A DNA stretch of 63,783 nucleotides, counting the filler, from Vannella sp. (taxonomy: Eukaryota), in NCBI GenBank assembly GCA_023345925.1. It is 6 parts of 6 records of this genome, joined end to end, with 100 filler letters (N's around TTAATTAATTAA, not from the genome) between each part and the next. Parts side by side here need not be neighbours in the genome. Positions count along the whole stretch, not along the records: positions 31,978 to 44,860 come from JAJQQN010000378.1; 5 more parts are not named here. One strand, 5' to 3'. The position numbers and the translations under genes were made by a program. The notes under the pieces are model-generated. The model did no database searches. It was not told the DNA's origin and saw only the letters and a program-made list of their open reading frames with translations. Positions 31,978 to 43,203 of the stretch are shown here, piece after piece; the stretch's first letter is position 1; every line of letters starts with the position of its first letter.

Positions 31978-32929
31978 CTCCATAGGTCCACGACTGTGCA
32001 AAGGCTTCGCGATCTATGGCTTTCCAGAGATCGGGAGCTCCATTACGGAGAGTGGTGGTTATCTCCTGAACTGCGACAGGGGATGCTGCTGCGATTTCTC
32101 GGGCAATTTGGAGTGACCGAGAAGCCACTTCTTCTGGTTCACATGCTTCAAGGACAATGCCCATCTCCTTTGCTTGCTCGCCCGTAATCATGTTTCCTGT
32201 CTACCTTCATCTCAGACCCAGAACAAGGAATGAGGGCCATCTCACCATCAGGAGATAGGACGCGACTTGGGGACCAGCAATCTTTGGGAGAAAGTAGGTT
32301 GCTGCGAGTCCTGGGTGGATTCCCAACTTGGCAAAGTTCAGAGACATCTTACTTGACTTGGAAGCAATCCGGATGTCGCAAGCTAAGGCCACACACATCC
32401 CTGCACCAACAGCAGGCCCATTGATTGCTTCTCTCGTATCAGTAGCCATCGGAAACCGACGAATGAGACCTCACCAGCAATGACAGGAACGCGAAGATCT
32501 CGGAGTTTCAAGTAGCGAGAGTAGAACTGCCTCATAACCACCACATTGTCTTCACATGTGAAGTTCCTACGATCCAAGAGAAAGTCGATATCTCCTCCAG
32601 CAGAGAAAGCCTTTCCTTCGCCTGTGACAATCACGCTGCGCAAGTCCTTTTCCTGATTCAACTCCTCCACGCACTGTTCAAACTGATGACTGATTTCGAC
32701 TGTCAGTGCATTCAACTACGCATCACAACAGGTGAGAAGTGCCAACAAAAACCTGCTGAGAGCGCACCTTCTCAGGACGGTTGAGCCGCAGCCAAGCGAC
32801 ACCTGAGCGCTTCCCATCCACCTCATCAAACTCAATCTTGACGAATGGATGATCCTTGACCGAAGTGAAGGCCCTTGTCGAGGCCAAACCGGACAGCCCC
32901 TTCAAGTGGATGGCTCCTTGTCGAAGCAT
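31978..32929 (-). CDS. Mitochondrial enoyl-CoA hydratase/isomerase family protein, 3'-partial, multi-exon
   Basis: LNRPEK|LNAL, VTGEGKAFSAGGDI, AINGPAVGAGMCVALACDIR, GIHPG; presequence-like N-terminus. Confidence 0.9.
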
Positions 32930-33158
32930 CAAATAAAATGGTGATATGACCCACCACAAGTGTAACATACACCAAGTAACCAGATCTTTTGCAACAACGG
33001 GAGAGAACCGATGAGTGCCAGGAGGAGTGCGAAAACAGGAACGTCATAAGGGAACAGCGAATATATTAGGGAGAAGGTAGACAGTACAAAGCACCTGCCC
33101 ATCCCTTCAGGTGCTAACGAAAAGAACAATGGGATCAGTAGAGAAGAAATGGTGTGCA

Positions 33159-33950
33159 TTACAAGAGGTTGCAGCCTCCCTTCTTCTTGATCTTGGGACC
33201 GTTGCCCTTGGCAGCCTCGTCCTTTCTGATCTCTCGAACCAGCTCACCGAAGGCCTCTTCCACGTTAATGGCAGACTTGGCGGAGGTCTCGAAGAAGGGA
33301 CATCCTCCGAACGTCTTGGCAATCTCTGTTCCCTCCGTCTTGGTGATTTGTCTTTCACTCTCCAGATCGCATTTGTTTCCAACGACCACGTAAGGGATGT
33401 GCTCTGCGTCCTTAGCGCGCAGGAGCTGGTCCCTCAAGGAAGTGAGCTGGTCGAAAGACGAGCGATCGGTGATGGCGTAGCAGAACAAAAAGCCGTGTCC
33501 CTTGCGCATGTACTGGTCTCTCATGGCAGTGTACTCCCTGGTGGGAACTGCGAGTTAATTTTCCTATTTTTCCTCCGGGAGAGTAGAGTGCTTACTCTTG
33601 TCCAGCAGTATCGAGGATGTCAAGCACACTAGTTTCGTTGTCAATGGTGACCTGTTTGCGGTACGAGTCTACACAGGCGAGGTAACGGGTCAGATGAGTG
33701 TACAAGATGGCCACTCACTGGTCACAAGGCGTACCTTCAATAGTGGGGTCATATTCCTGAGGGTTAAGGTGAGAACAGCTCCTTCAGTTCAAGACTGTGG
33801 GGCAACTTACGTCCACGAAGTGGTTCTGGATGTATTGGATAGTGAGAGCGGATTTGCCTAACACTCAGTGAGCCCTTTTTCACCCAAAGCATACAATGAT
33901 AACGCACCCACTCCACCAGAGCCGATAACGACAACCTTGAACTCTGTCAT
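33159..33950 (-). CDS. ras: Ras family small GTPase (multi-exon, includes microexons)
   Basis: GSGGVGKS, effector loop YDPTIEDSY, DTAGQEEY, NKCD, ETSAK, polybasic tail plus CNLL CaaX box. Confidence 0.95.
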
Positions 33951-34141
33951 GGCTGAGCCTGTGCAAAAGTGTTGTCTTCGCTCCGCAATGTTTCCTGTCC
34001 TTGATTGGGTTCAGCGAAGCTCCCAAAATAGAGCAGCTCACTGATTCAATGTAAAAATAATTAGAAAGCAATTGCAAAGAATCCAATTGGATTCTTTTTT
34101 CATTCAATTGGGTGTCCTGGACATTTCACTTCACTTCACTG

Positions 34142-34670
34142 ATGGCTCGCGGTCTGTTGGTGACTCTCCTTGTCTGCGCGCTGGCAACGTTTGCCTATGC
34201 AATTGTTAGAGAAGGTGGATATGTTGATGGTGTCCGCCAAGGAGAGGGTTCTCTTACCAATGATCCCTTCGCCACTATCTCAGATCTCATCCTCAACAAC
34301 AAGGTTGTCGTCTTCTCTAAGAGCTACTGCCCGTATGTGATCGTTATTGACCTTCATTCGGCACTAACCTTGAATTGCAAGCTACTGCAAACGTGCTAAG
34401 GGCCTCCTCACCTCTGAGGGAGTGGAGTTCTTACCTCTGGAGATGGATCTTGCTCCCAGTGAGTGTGGCAAGCGATCTTCACTTTCAAAAGATTAACATC
34501 TAGGAGATGGTGCCGAGATTCAAGCTGCCCTGCTGGAAAAGACAGGTCAACGAACCGTTCCCAACATCTTCATTGGTGGAAAGCACATTGGAGGCTTCGA
34601 TGCCTTGTCTAAGCTCGTTCATCAGTCTCCCGCGGAGTTCAAGGAGATGGTCAAAAGCGCCAAGGAGTGA
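34142..34670 (+). CDS. Secretory-pathway dithiol glutaredoxin (CPYC)
   Basis: Signal peptide, [30 protein letters not shown] across two introns. Confidence 0.88.
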
Positions 34671-34697
34671 AGCGGTGGAATAAACACGGTTTATCCC

Positions 34698-35611
34698 TCA
34701 CAGGCGAGATCGAGGGAACCAAGACACGTCTAAAGGGTTACTCCTCTGTAGGTCTTTCGCTATCCTCACCAAAAGGGAGTCTTCGCTTGAGTTACTGTCA
34801 GATACAAGGGTTCGACTTCGCTCCTTCGTCGCTTGCGAGATGCTGTTCTCGGCAAAGTTGTGAAGCTTCGACCGAATGGCGATTTTTGTGGCCTCCAAGG
34901 AGATGAGAGATAGCTTGGTAGATAAAGAGCCTATCTCTCCCATGATATCTTTCTTCTCAGAGAAGGACATCTGGTGGTGTTCGCGAAGAAACGCGCGATA
35001 CTTCTTCTTCAACTTATCAGCTAGAACAGCGAAGCGAACCGCCATCATTAGCACCTTAAACTCTTCATTCCTTCAGTTAGTCCTCAGTCGTGATGGGGCT
35101 TCATACGTACCCTCCTCTTGAGGGAGATTGTGTGAGAGGCCAGCTATGATGTTGGATGATTGGGCCATCAAGAGGCCCTTCCCGCTTGTGTCTGGAGATA
35201 ATCCCTCTCTGCTGAGGTCTTCAGAATGGATGACCTTCTTGATCACAGCAGCCTCACTCGCGAGATGCGATCGGAAGTCAGCACTGATCTCCTCAAGGGA
35301 TGGCGCCTCTTGGTTCAACCTGTATCCAGTGAGGAACATGATAGGGGAGCTTATCACTCACATGCGTGTCCAATAGAACCGTTTCAGGTGAAGCAGTTTC
35401 TGTTCGAACTCGTGTTTCGTCTCCACTGCTGTTGTGGTGTCCTCGTTCTTGCCCTGGTCCGTTCCAAAGTAGTTCTACGATTGAGTGCAAGATGAGAAGA
35501 GTGAAGGAAGACCGTTCCTTTACTCACCCGTTTGATAGCTTTGACAAGGAACCCTGCGTAGTCCGCGTCTCTGTCCCACTCATAGGAAGAGAAAGAGAGA
35601 GGAGCAGCCAT
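34698..35611 (-). CDS. Multi-exon hypothetical protein with an N-terminal PEX39/HTH_76-like motif
   Basis: FSSYEWDRDADY..KLLHLKRFYW. The ORF fragments can be linked by short GT-AG introns. Confidence 0.5.
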
Positions 35612-35706
35612 GGTGGGAGAGAATAAAATACATGTTTATAATGGCGCTACAGCCCACCTTCAGACGAGTGGTCCCTTTTGCTATCATCCAAGGCGGGCTC
35701 CTCATC

Positions 35707-36177
35707 TCATACGATACAAGCAAATATGGAGTTTCTCAGAGGGTCCAGGAAGCACCCAGACTGACCAAATTGAGAGGAAGGTGGAGAGCCTGCCAGGGGA
35801 AACTGGGAGTGCATGTACTCGGCAAAACAAGGGTCTCGGAGAAAGTCTTCGACAGTGGAGCTTGCTAATGTATAGCTAGCAACGTCGCAAAGATATTCGA
35901 AGGTGTGTGGTGTTGGGTTATCAAGCTCTTCCTCCACCGTGCTACGGGAGTGTTCGTCGATGTCCCCGAGCTCATGCTCTGCATCAGGTTTCAAGAAAAT
36001 ATCGTAGATCTCTGCAGCGAGCTGTCTTCGTTTGTCCTCTTCAGTGGTTGCTTGGAATTGGTCCACTTTGCAGATGAAACCAAAGTTCTCCCACGCCATC
36101 CCCCGCTTGAGGTACTCTTCGTAAACAGGGCGCAGGTTGTCGTCGTGAAGGATGAAGAAGAGCTGCTCAACAGACAT
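35707..36177 (-). CDS. RGS (regulator of G-protein signalling) domain protein
   Basis: YEEYLK..ENFGF..V..F..AAEIYDIFLKPDAEHEL..I; the C-terminal end is uncertain. Confidence 0.8.
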   Translation of the reverse strand: MSVEQLFFILHDDNLRPVYEEYLKRGMAWENFGFICKVDQFQATTEEDKRRQLAAEIYDIFLKPDAEHELGDIDEHSRSTVEEELDNPTPHTFEYLCDVASYTLASSTVEDFLRDPCFAEYMHSQFPLAGSPPSSQFGQSGCFLDPLRNSIFACIV

Positions 36178-36360
36178 CGCTGCAAAATAATGAGGGTGAA
36201 TTGGTGGTTGATGACCCGATAACTTCAAGGTACATCAAGGTACAGATCGGGAAGTTACGGTAAAGCAGAGAAAAATCGGAAGGAGTTCTACGCGAGTTCC
36301 ACGCTCCGGAGACTAAGTTTGTCAATTTATAAGAATTTGAGAAGAATGAGATTCCTTTAA

Positions 36361-36422
36361 TGGAAAGGGGAAACAATTGGCGCAGCATGTCCGTGGAAAG
36401 GGGAAACAATTGGCGCAGCATG
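36361..36422. repeat. Direct duplication of a 29-nt unit (period 33) just after the GDI stop codon
   Basis: TGGAAAGGGGAAACAATTGGCGCAGCATG at 36361-36389 and 36394-36422. Confidence 0.9.
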
Positions 36423-36424
36423 AC

Positions 36425-37933
36425 CTACTCTCCTTCAGCAGTTTCGGGCATAGTGAGGTCCAACTCCTTGTCAGTGATGCGGCAATACATGTCTGCCACG
36501 TCCCAGCAGGTGGTCTCGAAGTGGCTAGTGGCATCGAAAGTCTTGGAGATGAACACCTGGCTGCTTCGTCCATCGTCGTTGGGCTCAAATGAGTCAGAGA
36601 CAATGACAAACTTCTCAACAATGGTGCCAAGAAGTTTGAGTCCAGCCTCGCACTCCTTCTCGGGATCAGAGGTTTCAACGGTAGTGCTGACCATGGCCAT
36701 GAACTTTCCAGCAGGGACGACATTGTGAGAAGCCGACACAGCAGTCACATAGATATCTATTGACAGTTAGGACTGTTGATTGGTTTGCTGTTGTTAAGGA
36801 CGTACCGCTCTTTCTTCCGACTTGCTTCTGGGGAATGATGATCTGGGTGGAGTCAGCATTCTTGGCGTTGGGAATAGGTCCATTGAGCAGGCAGACAATT
36901 CGGACAACCTGTCCAGTCTTCTTCACTCGGTCAGGGAAGTAAGAGGGATCACCAATGACACAGGCAGCCTTTGCCACTTCAGTTCCAGATCGGACACCGA
37001 CAAACTTGCCGTTCTCCATCAAGACCTCATCTACGGGCATCTCGAGCATGTAAGTTCCTCCATAGATTGCGCTCAGACGTGCAAATGCTTGAGGAAGCTC
37101 TCCAAGACCATAAAGGGGGTAGATGTAGGGGGATTTGAGGTGACGGGCCAGGGACTCAAAGTAAAGGCGAACCTTCTCCATGGTGGGGCCTGCAGTCTCA
37201 TCAAGATAGCTGGTACAAGAGTAAGATGCTGTCTGCGACTGCAGACCTCTACTTACTTGTCGTTGAGGTGGAGGGCGATGGCGTGTCCTGTGAATTCAAC
37301 GGTGCCATCATCCAAAGAGAACTTCTTGAACATCTCCCTCATTGTGGTACGGTCAGGGTCGGCGCCTATTCTACGGAGTTAGTCATGAGAGGTAAGAGCG
37401 CTTGAAACTTACCTTTGTAGTTTGCTCCAGACCCAGTCTCCCAGCTGGAGACGAACTCAAGGAACTTCTTGAAGCGTCTCTTCTCCAGCAATCCCATGAG
37501 GGATGAGGAGAGAGCCTCAGTCTCAGTCGCAGGGACCTTGTAGACCTTTCCCTGCTTGTACACGTAGCTTCCTTCGATAACCTTGAACTCAAGGTACTTG
37601 ACCACGTCAGTCTTGATGAACATCTTGACCAGCTCACCTTCGAGAGAGTCAGAAGGCAGAACGTTTTCACAAAAAGGACGTACCAGCAGCCATGATGAAC
37701 TTTGGAATCAAGTCAACGTTGTAGTCACGGGATGAGCCAAGCGAGGCTGGTGGGGTTTCGCCACCGCGGTACTTGGCGTAAAGTTGTTGCAAGTTGAGAG
37801 AAGCAGATTCACCACCATAGTAGTCATTTCGGTCAAGATGAAGCACCTTCTTTCCTTCAATGGAGAGAAGTCCACTGATAATGCACTCCTTGAGGCCAGT
37901 GCCCAAAACAATCACGTCGTACTCTCCGTCCAT
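36425..37933 (-). CDS. GDI: Rab GDP dissociation inhibitor
   Basis: [77 protein letters not shown]. Confidence 0.97.
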
Positions 37934-38134
37934 CGCCTTGAAGTTCTCCTGAAGAACCAGAAATAAGTAACCAGTTGGGCTCAACCCTAAGTCCACTTGG
38001 GAACTTTTCGCTCGCTCTTTCTTTTGTGTGGATCTGAATTTTCTGGACTCCTTTTCTCTTCCAATAGAGTCACTAAATGACATAGCCGAAGAAAAATGGT
38101 CGGGGTGCATTATTTCCCGGCCTGTGTCCGCACC

Positions 38135-39765
38135 ATGCTGGAGTTCTTCTTCGCTGCTGTCGCGTTTGTTGTTGGGATCTTTGCATTCTTCTTCCGAAAG
38201 CGTGGTACAGTCCCTGCCATTGATGCTTCTAGCGCACTTCCCGTCCTTCTTGAGCAGGAAGCGACTGGGAGGTCCAACAATGGACCACAGATCGATTTGC
38301 CAGTGGCTGAGCGAGTGATGGAGATTCCCATTCAGGAGTCAGCAAGAAGCTTAGAGAAGACTAACAACCAGGAGAACGAAGCTGACCGCCTGGCGAAGGA
38401 GGCTTCTCAACGACAAGTAGAGGAACGTGACCAGCGTGCCAAGGAAGCTGATAGGAAGTCCGAAGAGGAGCGCTCACGAAAGGAAGCTGAGAAAGCTCGC
38501 GTCACCCAAGAAGCAAAGCTTGCTAAAGAGAACGCTGACCGACTCGAACAGGAGTTGAAAGAGAAGGAGCGAGTGGCAAATGCTGAGAGAAGTGCAAAGG
38601 AGGAGAAAGAACGTCTTGCTAAGGAGGAGAAGGAGCGTCTGGCAAAGGAGGAGAAGGAACGTCTTGCTAAGGAAGAGAAGGAACGTCTTGTTAAGGAGGA
38701 GAAGGAACGTCTTGCTAAGGAAGAGCAGGAACGTCTTGTTAAGGAGGAGAAGGAACGCCTTGCTAAGGAGGAGAAGGACCGTCTGGCTAAGGAAGAGAAG
38801 GAACGTCTTGCTAAGGAGGATAATGAGCGTCTTGTTGAGGAAGCTAAACGGAAGGCATCTGAGGAGGAAGCTAAGCGCAAGGCATTAGAGGAAGCTCAAA
38901 GAGCTGAGCAAGAGAAAGTGCGCCTCTTAAAGGAAGAAGAAGATCGCCTTGCAGACGAAGCTCATCAAAAGACTGAGCAGGAGCGCCTCATCAAAGAGGA
39001 GGCTGATCGCAAAGCAAAAGAATTGGCCGCTACAAAAGAGGCTCTACTGGAATCCATGCGAACGGACCAAGCTGAGTCCCTTGGCAAGCCTGATGAATCC
39101 CAACAAGAGGTGGAAGTGACCCTTCGTCAGAAAGACAGTCAAAAAGTTCCCTTTGAATTCAGCCAACTCCCTCTCTCTGAAGCGGTCCTTGACCTGGTAA
39201 GTGAAGTGGATTCTTATTCAGGGTAGCTAAATGACATGGATGTTCTCAGACTGCTCCCAAAGATAAGTCACGAGTAGGTTCAATGCGTGTAAAGAAGGTG
39301 AGGCCATCTTCTAGTAGAATGTCAGTCCCTACGATGCCACCAGTCCGTGTAGAGAAACCTGCTCAACCCTCAGGCGCAAGTCTCTTCCCAGCCGGGTTCA
39401 ATCCTTTGGCAGGATTGAAGGGCTTAAAGAAAACCAGTTCTGTCCCCGAAGAGAGTGGGGAGGATACACCTCCTGTAGTTTCCCATGGTCATGGAATGCA
39501 CTTACCCAAGTTTGACCCGGCGGCTATGCTGAAGGGACTCAAATCCACTAAGAAGGATACTCCTGAAGAGGCTAGCTCCACTGTGGAGCCAGAGCCAGTG
39601 CAAAAGGGTCCATTGGGTGGATTTAATCCAGCGGCTGCCCTCAAGGGACTGAAATCAACAAAGAAGCCAGTATCTGGGGAGACTCCTCAACCTTCTTTGG
39701 GGGGATTCAACCCTGCAGCTGCTCTCAAGGGACTGAGGTCCACCAAGAAGGACACCCAAGAGTGA
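38135..39765 (+). CDS. N-terminally membrane-anchored coiled-coil protein with KEEKERLA repeats and four C-terminal F(N/D)P..LKGL(K/R)(K/S)T motifs; intron 39197-39249
   Basis: Signal-anchor [23 protein letters not shown], an E/K helical stalk, and repeated WH2-like LKKT/LKST motifs. Confidence 0.7.
38598..38838 (+). repeat. 24-bp coding tandem repeat (about 10 copies, KEEKERLA/V)
   Basis: AAGGAGGAGAAGGAACGTCTTGCT units seen directly. Confidence 0.9.
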
Positions 39766-39798
39766 TTAGACCAGTCACTGACAAAAATGTAAACCACT

Positions 39799-41288
39799 TT
39801 AGTCCTCATCCTCGCCATCATCTTCCAGCAAAGGGGTGTCAGTACGTGAAAAAGCGATGCCAGAAGAGATGGAAGGCGAAGGCGAACCACTGTGAGTGCT
39901 ATCCGTTCGCCAGCTCGCAGTCGGGGTCAGATCTTGGGGAATGAAACTTTGGAGATTGAGAGTGACTTTTCCGGCTTGGGAGAAGTGAAGGACCACAATG
40001 GAGGTGTTGTCCGCCAACAAGGTGGGATAGCTTTCTACTCTCCATTTTACTTCGCGCATGAGCAAATCCGACAGTTCCTGCGCTTTCATTCCCCGAGCTT
40101 GCTCGTGAGCGAGGACATCGCGGACTTCTTCATTTGATAGCATATCCCAAAGTCCATCGGAAGCCATGACGAGTAAGTCTCCTTCTTCCAGTGAGAGAGT
40201 TACAAAATCTGGTTTGGAAATGACTGCCACAAGGACCACCAACTGGTAAGCCGACGGTCTCAGGAAAGTCCATTCTGTTGGGACTCACCTCCGTATTTAC
40301 AAAGGGTAGAGTGCCCCAGAGACCGACTCATATTGAGAGCTATCTTCTGTTGAAGGATGGTTTCGTGGGATATGTCTTCAGCAGCGGGAAGAACTCGTCT
40401 TTGCTTTGAGTTGCCAGTTAACAAAATACGCCCCCGAGACTGTACGATTCGATGGCGCTCCTCTTTTGAGTCAAGAGTATGATCGATAGACATCGGGATG
40501 ATTTCCTTCTCCTCTGCATGGAGCTGGTCAGCGATAAATGGATCAAGTCACCTATTCACTTACGAAGATTTCTCCTTCGATAGAGTACAGCCCGACTATC
40601 TCCCACTGGAGGCGGTCAGAACGGCTATAGACTATTATCAGTACGAACCATTGGCAACTGTCAACTGGTTTCCGCCCCAGAGGACGGCAATGACAGCAGT
40701 AGTGCCGTATTCTTTCTTTGTTGGATCCACAGTGTCCGCTTGCGTCAGGAGTGCTTCTTGTGTTGAAGAAATAGCTGTGCAGATAGCTCCTCTTATCTGT
40801 TCCTCGTCTTGAGATACATCAGAGTGTCCAATAGAGCCAGGAATGGTCTCACCGAAACAGAGAGGAGGCGCATTTGATCTGAGCAGCTGGGGGAGCTGTT
40901 CTTTGCTCAGACAAGCCGCCAAACTTCCCAAAGGACCATGCCCATCAAACACTGCGGACACAGCAATCGAGGGAGGAGCAGGAGACGCGCCCAATGTCCC
41001 TTCAAAGAGACACATCCGTTTCAGGTCTTCCACGTTGCTTTTCCGCAGTAGATCCACCAGTGTGTGTGCTTGGAACGTATCTTCCCAATAGACTTCGTCT
41101 TGGTTCTCCTCTCGGCCTCCTTGCCAACAAGAACTACCAACAAAAGGCTGAAAGATGGGAAGCGGCTCTTCCCCCGCGCTACTGCTCAGCTCCACAGAGG
41201 TCTCCGCTCTCTGAGTAGATCGTGGAACTTTAGGCGCCCCCTGCTGTTCCCAAGAACTCGAGCTAAGGTCCCTTCTCCTCTTGGGCAT
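39799..41288 (-). CDS. PP2C/PPM family protein phosphatase, multi-exon
   Basis: QGGREENQD, AVFDGHG, GTTAV, VAN|VGDSRA, MSRSLGH, MASDGLWD, DNTS. Confidence 0.92.
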
Positions 41289-41373
41289 GTCCACCCCAAC
41301 GGCTTACCAAGAAATGTTTCTCTTCACTTGCCCACGCTGTGGGTGAATTTAATCTTCTTTTAATATTCATTTT

Positions 41374-42057
41374 ATGGCGTTCCGCGGGTTGAGTACGCGG
41401 GGGTCCGAGGTCTGGTATCGGGTTGGGTTTGTGGGGATACGGAGGGCTCTAGGCACGGTGGGGTCGCTTGAGACGGAGGAGAGTTATCTATTAGAAGCGT
41501 GGGAAGACTCAGCCATCGACGAGGAGCGCCTGCAGAGCTTCATGCACCATCATGTTAGCAACGGGCGCTGGGAAAGTGCCTTCTCCAGCTTCCAGCGAAT
41601 CATGGGGATGTACCCAGACTATAAGATGTCCATCAGAACATACAATATCGCTCTTCGGGCACTATCCTACGGACCTAGAGTGGAAGAAGCCTTCGCCTTA
41701 GTTCAAGAAGCTCTCTCCCACAACGAGAAGCTGGACGTGGATAGTTACAACCAGATGATCGCCCTATGTATGAGAAACCTTCACTTTGAGAAGGCCAGAG
41801 AGATCTACGAGGGCCTCCTCTCCAGCGAAGTGACTCCCAATGTATTCACCTTTCGCATCCTGATTCTGGGCCATTGCCGGCACAGCCAGTACAACCAAGC
41901 CATTCGCTTTCTCAGAGACATGTCTCACCACGGTGTCAAGCAGACAGACGACCTCCGAATGGCTCTCCAAAGTTATCCGGAACTCATTCGCCGGATTTCC
42001 TCCGTTTCCACCCTTCCTCCACCTCCTTCTTCTCCTCCTTCTTCTCTTAAAGAATGA
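41374..42057 (+). CDS. Pentatricopeptide repeat (PPR) protein, probably mitochondrial
   Basis: Repeats TYNIALRAL, DSYNQMIALC, PNVFTFRILILGHC; presequence-like N-terminus. Confidence 0.85.
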   Translation: MAFRGLSTRGSEVWYRVGFVGIRRALGTVGSLETEESYLLEAWEDSAIDEERLQSFMHHHVSNGRWESAFSSFQRIMGMYPDYKMSIRTYNIALRALSYGPRVEEAFALVQEALSHNEKLDVDSYNQMIALCMRNLHFEKAREIYEGLLSSEVTPNVFTFRILILGHCRHSQYNQAIRFLRDMSHHGVKQTDDLRMALQSYPELIRRISSVSTLPPPPSSPPSSLKE

Positions 42058-42534
42058 ACCCCTAACTTCGGATCCTCATAAGGAACACCAGGCTCTGGGA
42101 GGGAAGGGAACTGTGTTGGGATGGGTGCACAGGATTGGCTTGTTGACTGTGAGTGATCGGTGAGCTGCGGGCACTCAAGAGGATGGAACGGGGGAAGCGG
42201 TGGAGAGCATGTTGAGGAAGAGCTTGGACAGAGCTTCCAACTTGTTCTGACAGCGAGAGGAACTGAATTCGCCCCGCGGGACACGCCGGAGGCCCAGACT
42301 CTGTCGAATCAGTGCAATGGCTCGTTCTTCGTCGAGAACCATCTGAATGACTTCAACTTGAAGAATTCTTTTCCCATCCTTTTCCTCGCTTCTTCCATAT
42401 CACGTGACATAGTCTCCTCCATCAAGGGCCCAGAACTTCAGTGTTCATCAAGTCTGCTGAAATAGCCGGGACTTTGCCTTGGCCTCCTTTCCCTTTGGTA
42501 GACAGACTCGTTTGGAAGCCCTTCCTTATTCAAA

Positions 42535-43029
42535 TCAAGTGCCCCAACCTTGATCATGCACCAACAAGTTGGCCTTTGTTTTTAGGAGAATGTGTGGGAG
42601 TGGGTTGATTGGTCGTGTGGTTGAGTCCGAGTTCTCCGAAGCTATTTGCTCCAAAGACCAGCAGGCCGCCTTCCTCTGAGAACACCAAAGAATGGTCCCT
42701 CCTGCAACCAGAGCGCTCACTCTGTTCAACGAAGACATCAGACCGGGTCGAAGCAGATTGAAAGGTTTGCCCGTCCCCAATTGCCCAGATTCACCGCATC
42801 CCCATGACCAGACACCGCCGGTCTCATTCAGAGAGAGGGACTGACCGTTTCCGCAGGAAGCCGCCAGCATGGGAGGGATGTTCACAATTCGCTGAAGCTT
42901 CGAAAAGACACCAGAAGAGCGCCCCAGTTGGCCATGGGAGTTGATCCCAGTCGAGAAGACGCCTCCTTGCGAGTCAATGAGGATCATTCCTTCGCAGAAG
43001 GCAGCCACATCTAAGTGGTCCTTCTCCAT
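42535..43029 (-). pseudogene. Truncated, frameshifted RCC1-repeat gene
   Basis: GINSHGQLG and SWGCGESGQLG repeats. Near 42697 the RCC1 repeat DHSLVFSEEGGLLVFGANSFGELG continues only in another frame. Confidence 0.65.
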
Positions 43030-43203
43030 TATATCACTGAATCGCTCCTTGTTTTACAAGCAAATAGTGGCACCGCAATGAAGCTACTGTAACCGCATAC
43101 AGTGGATAAAGAACTCTTTCAACAGGTGTTTTGGAAGAAGGAAAGCTTGATTGCGGTTTCAGAAGATTTTTACTGCCTTTTTTGAGAAAGTGGTTGAAAT
43201 GCA

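Noticed and set aside
36361..36422. 29-nt direct repeats as a possible CRISPR array
   Set aside because: Only two copies with a 4-nt spacer, in a eukaryotic context with no cas genes.
24244..37933. Apparent Ras-signalling cluster (PI3K-RasGAP, Ras, RGS, GDI)
   Set aside because: PI3K and Ras lie on different contigs separated by a linker, so there is no evidence of real linkage.
38407..38888. Alternative-frame and antisense repeat ORFs ([16 protein letters not shown])
   Set aside because: By-products of the 24-bp KEEKERLA coding repeat.
42058..42530. Short ORFs between the PPR gene and the RCC1 pseudogene
   Set aside because: No motif and no consistent spliced frame could be built.
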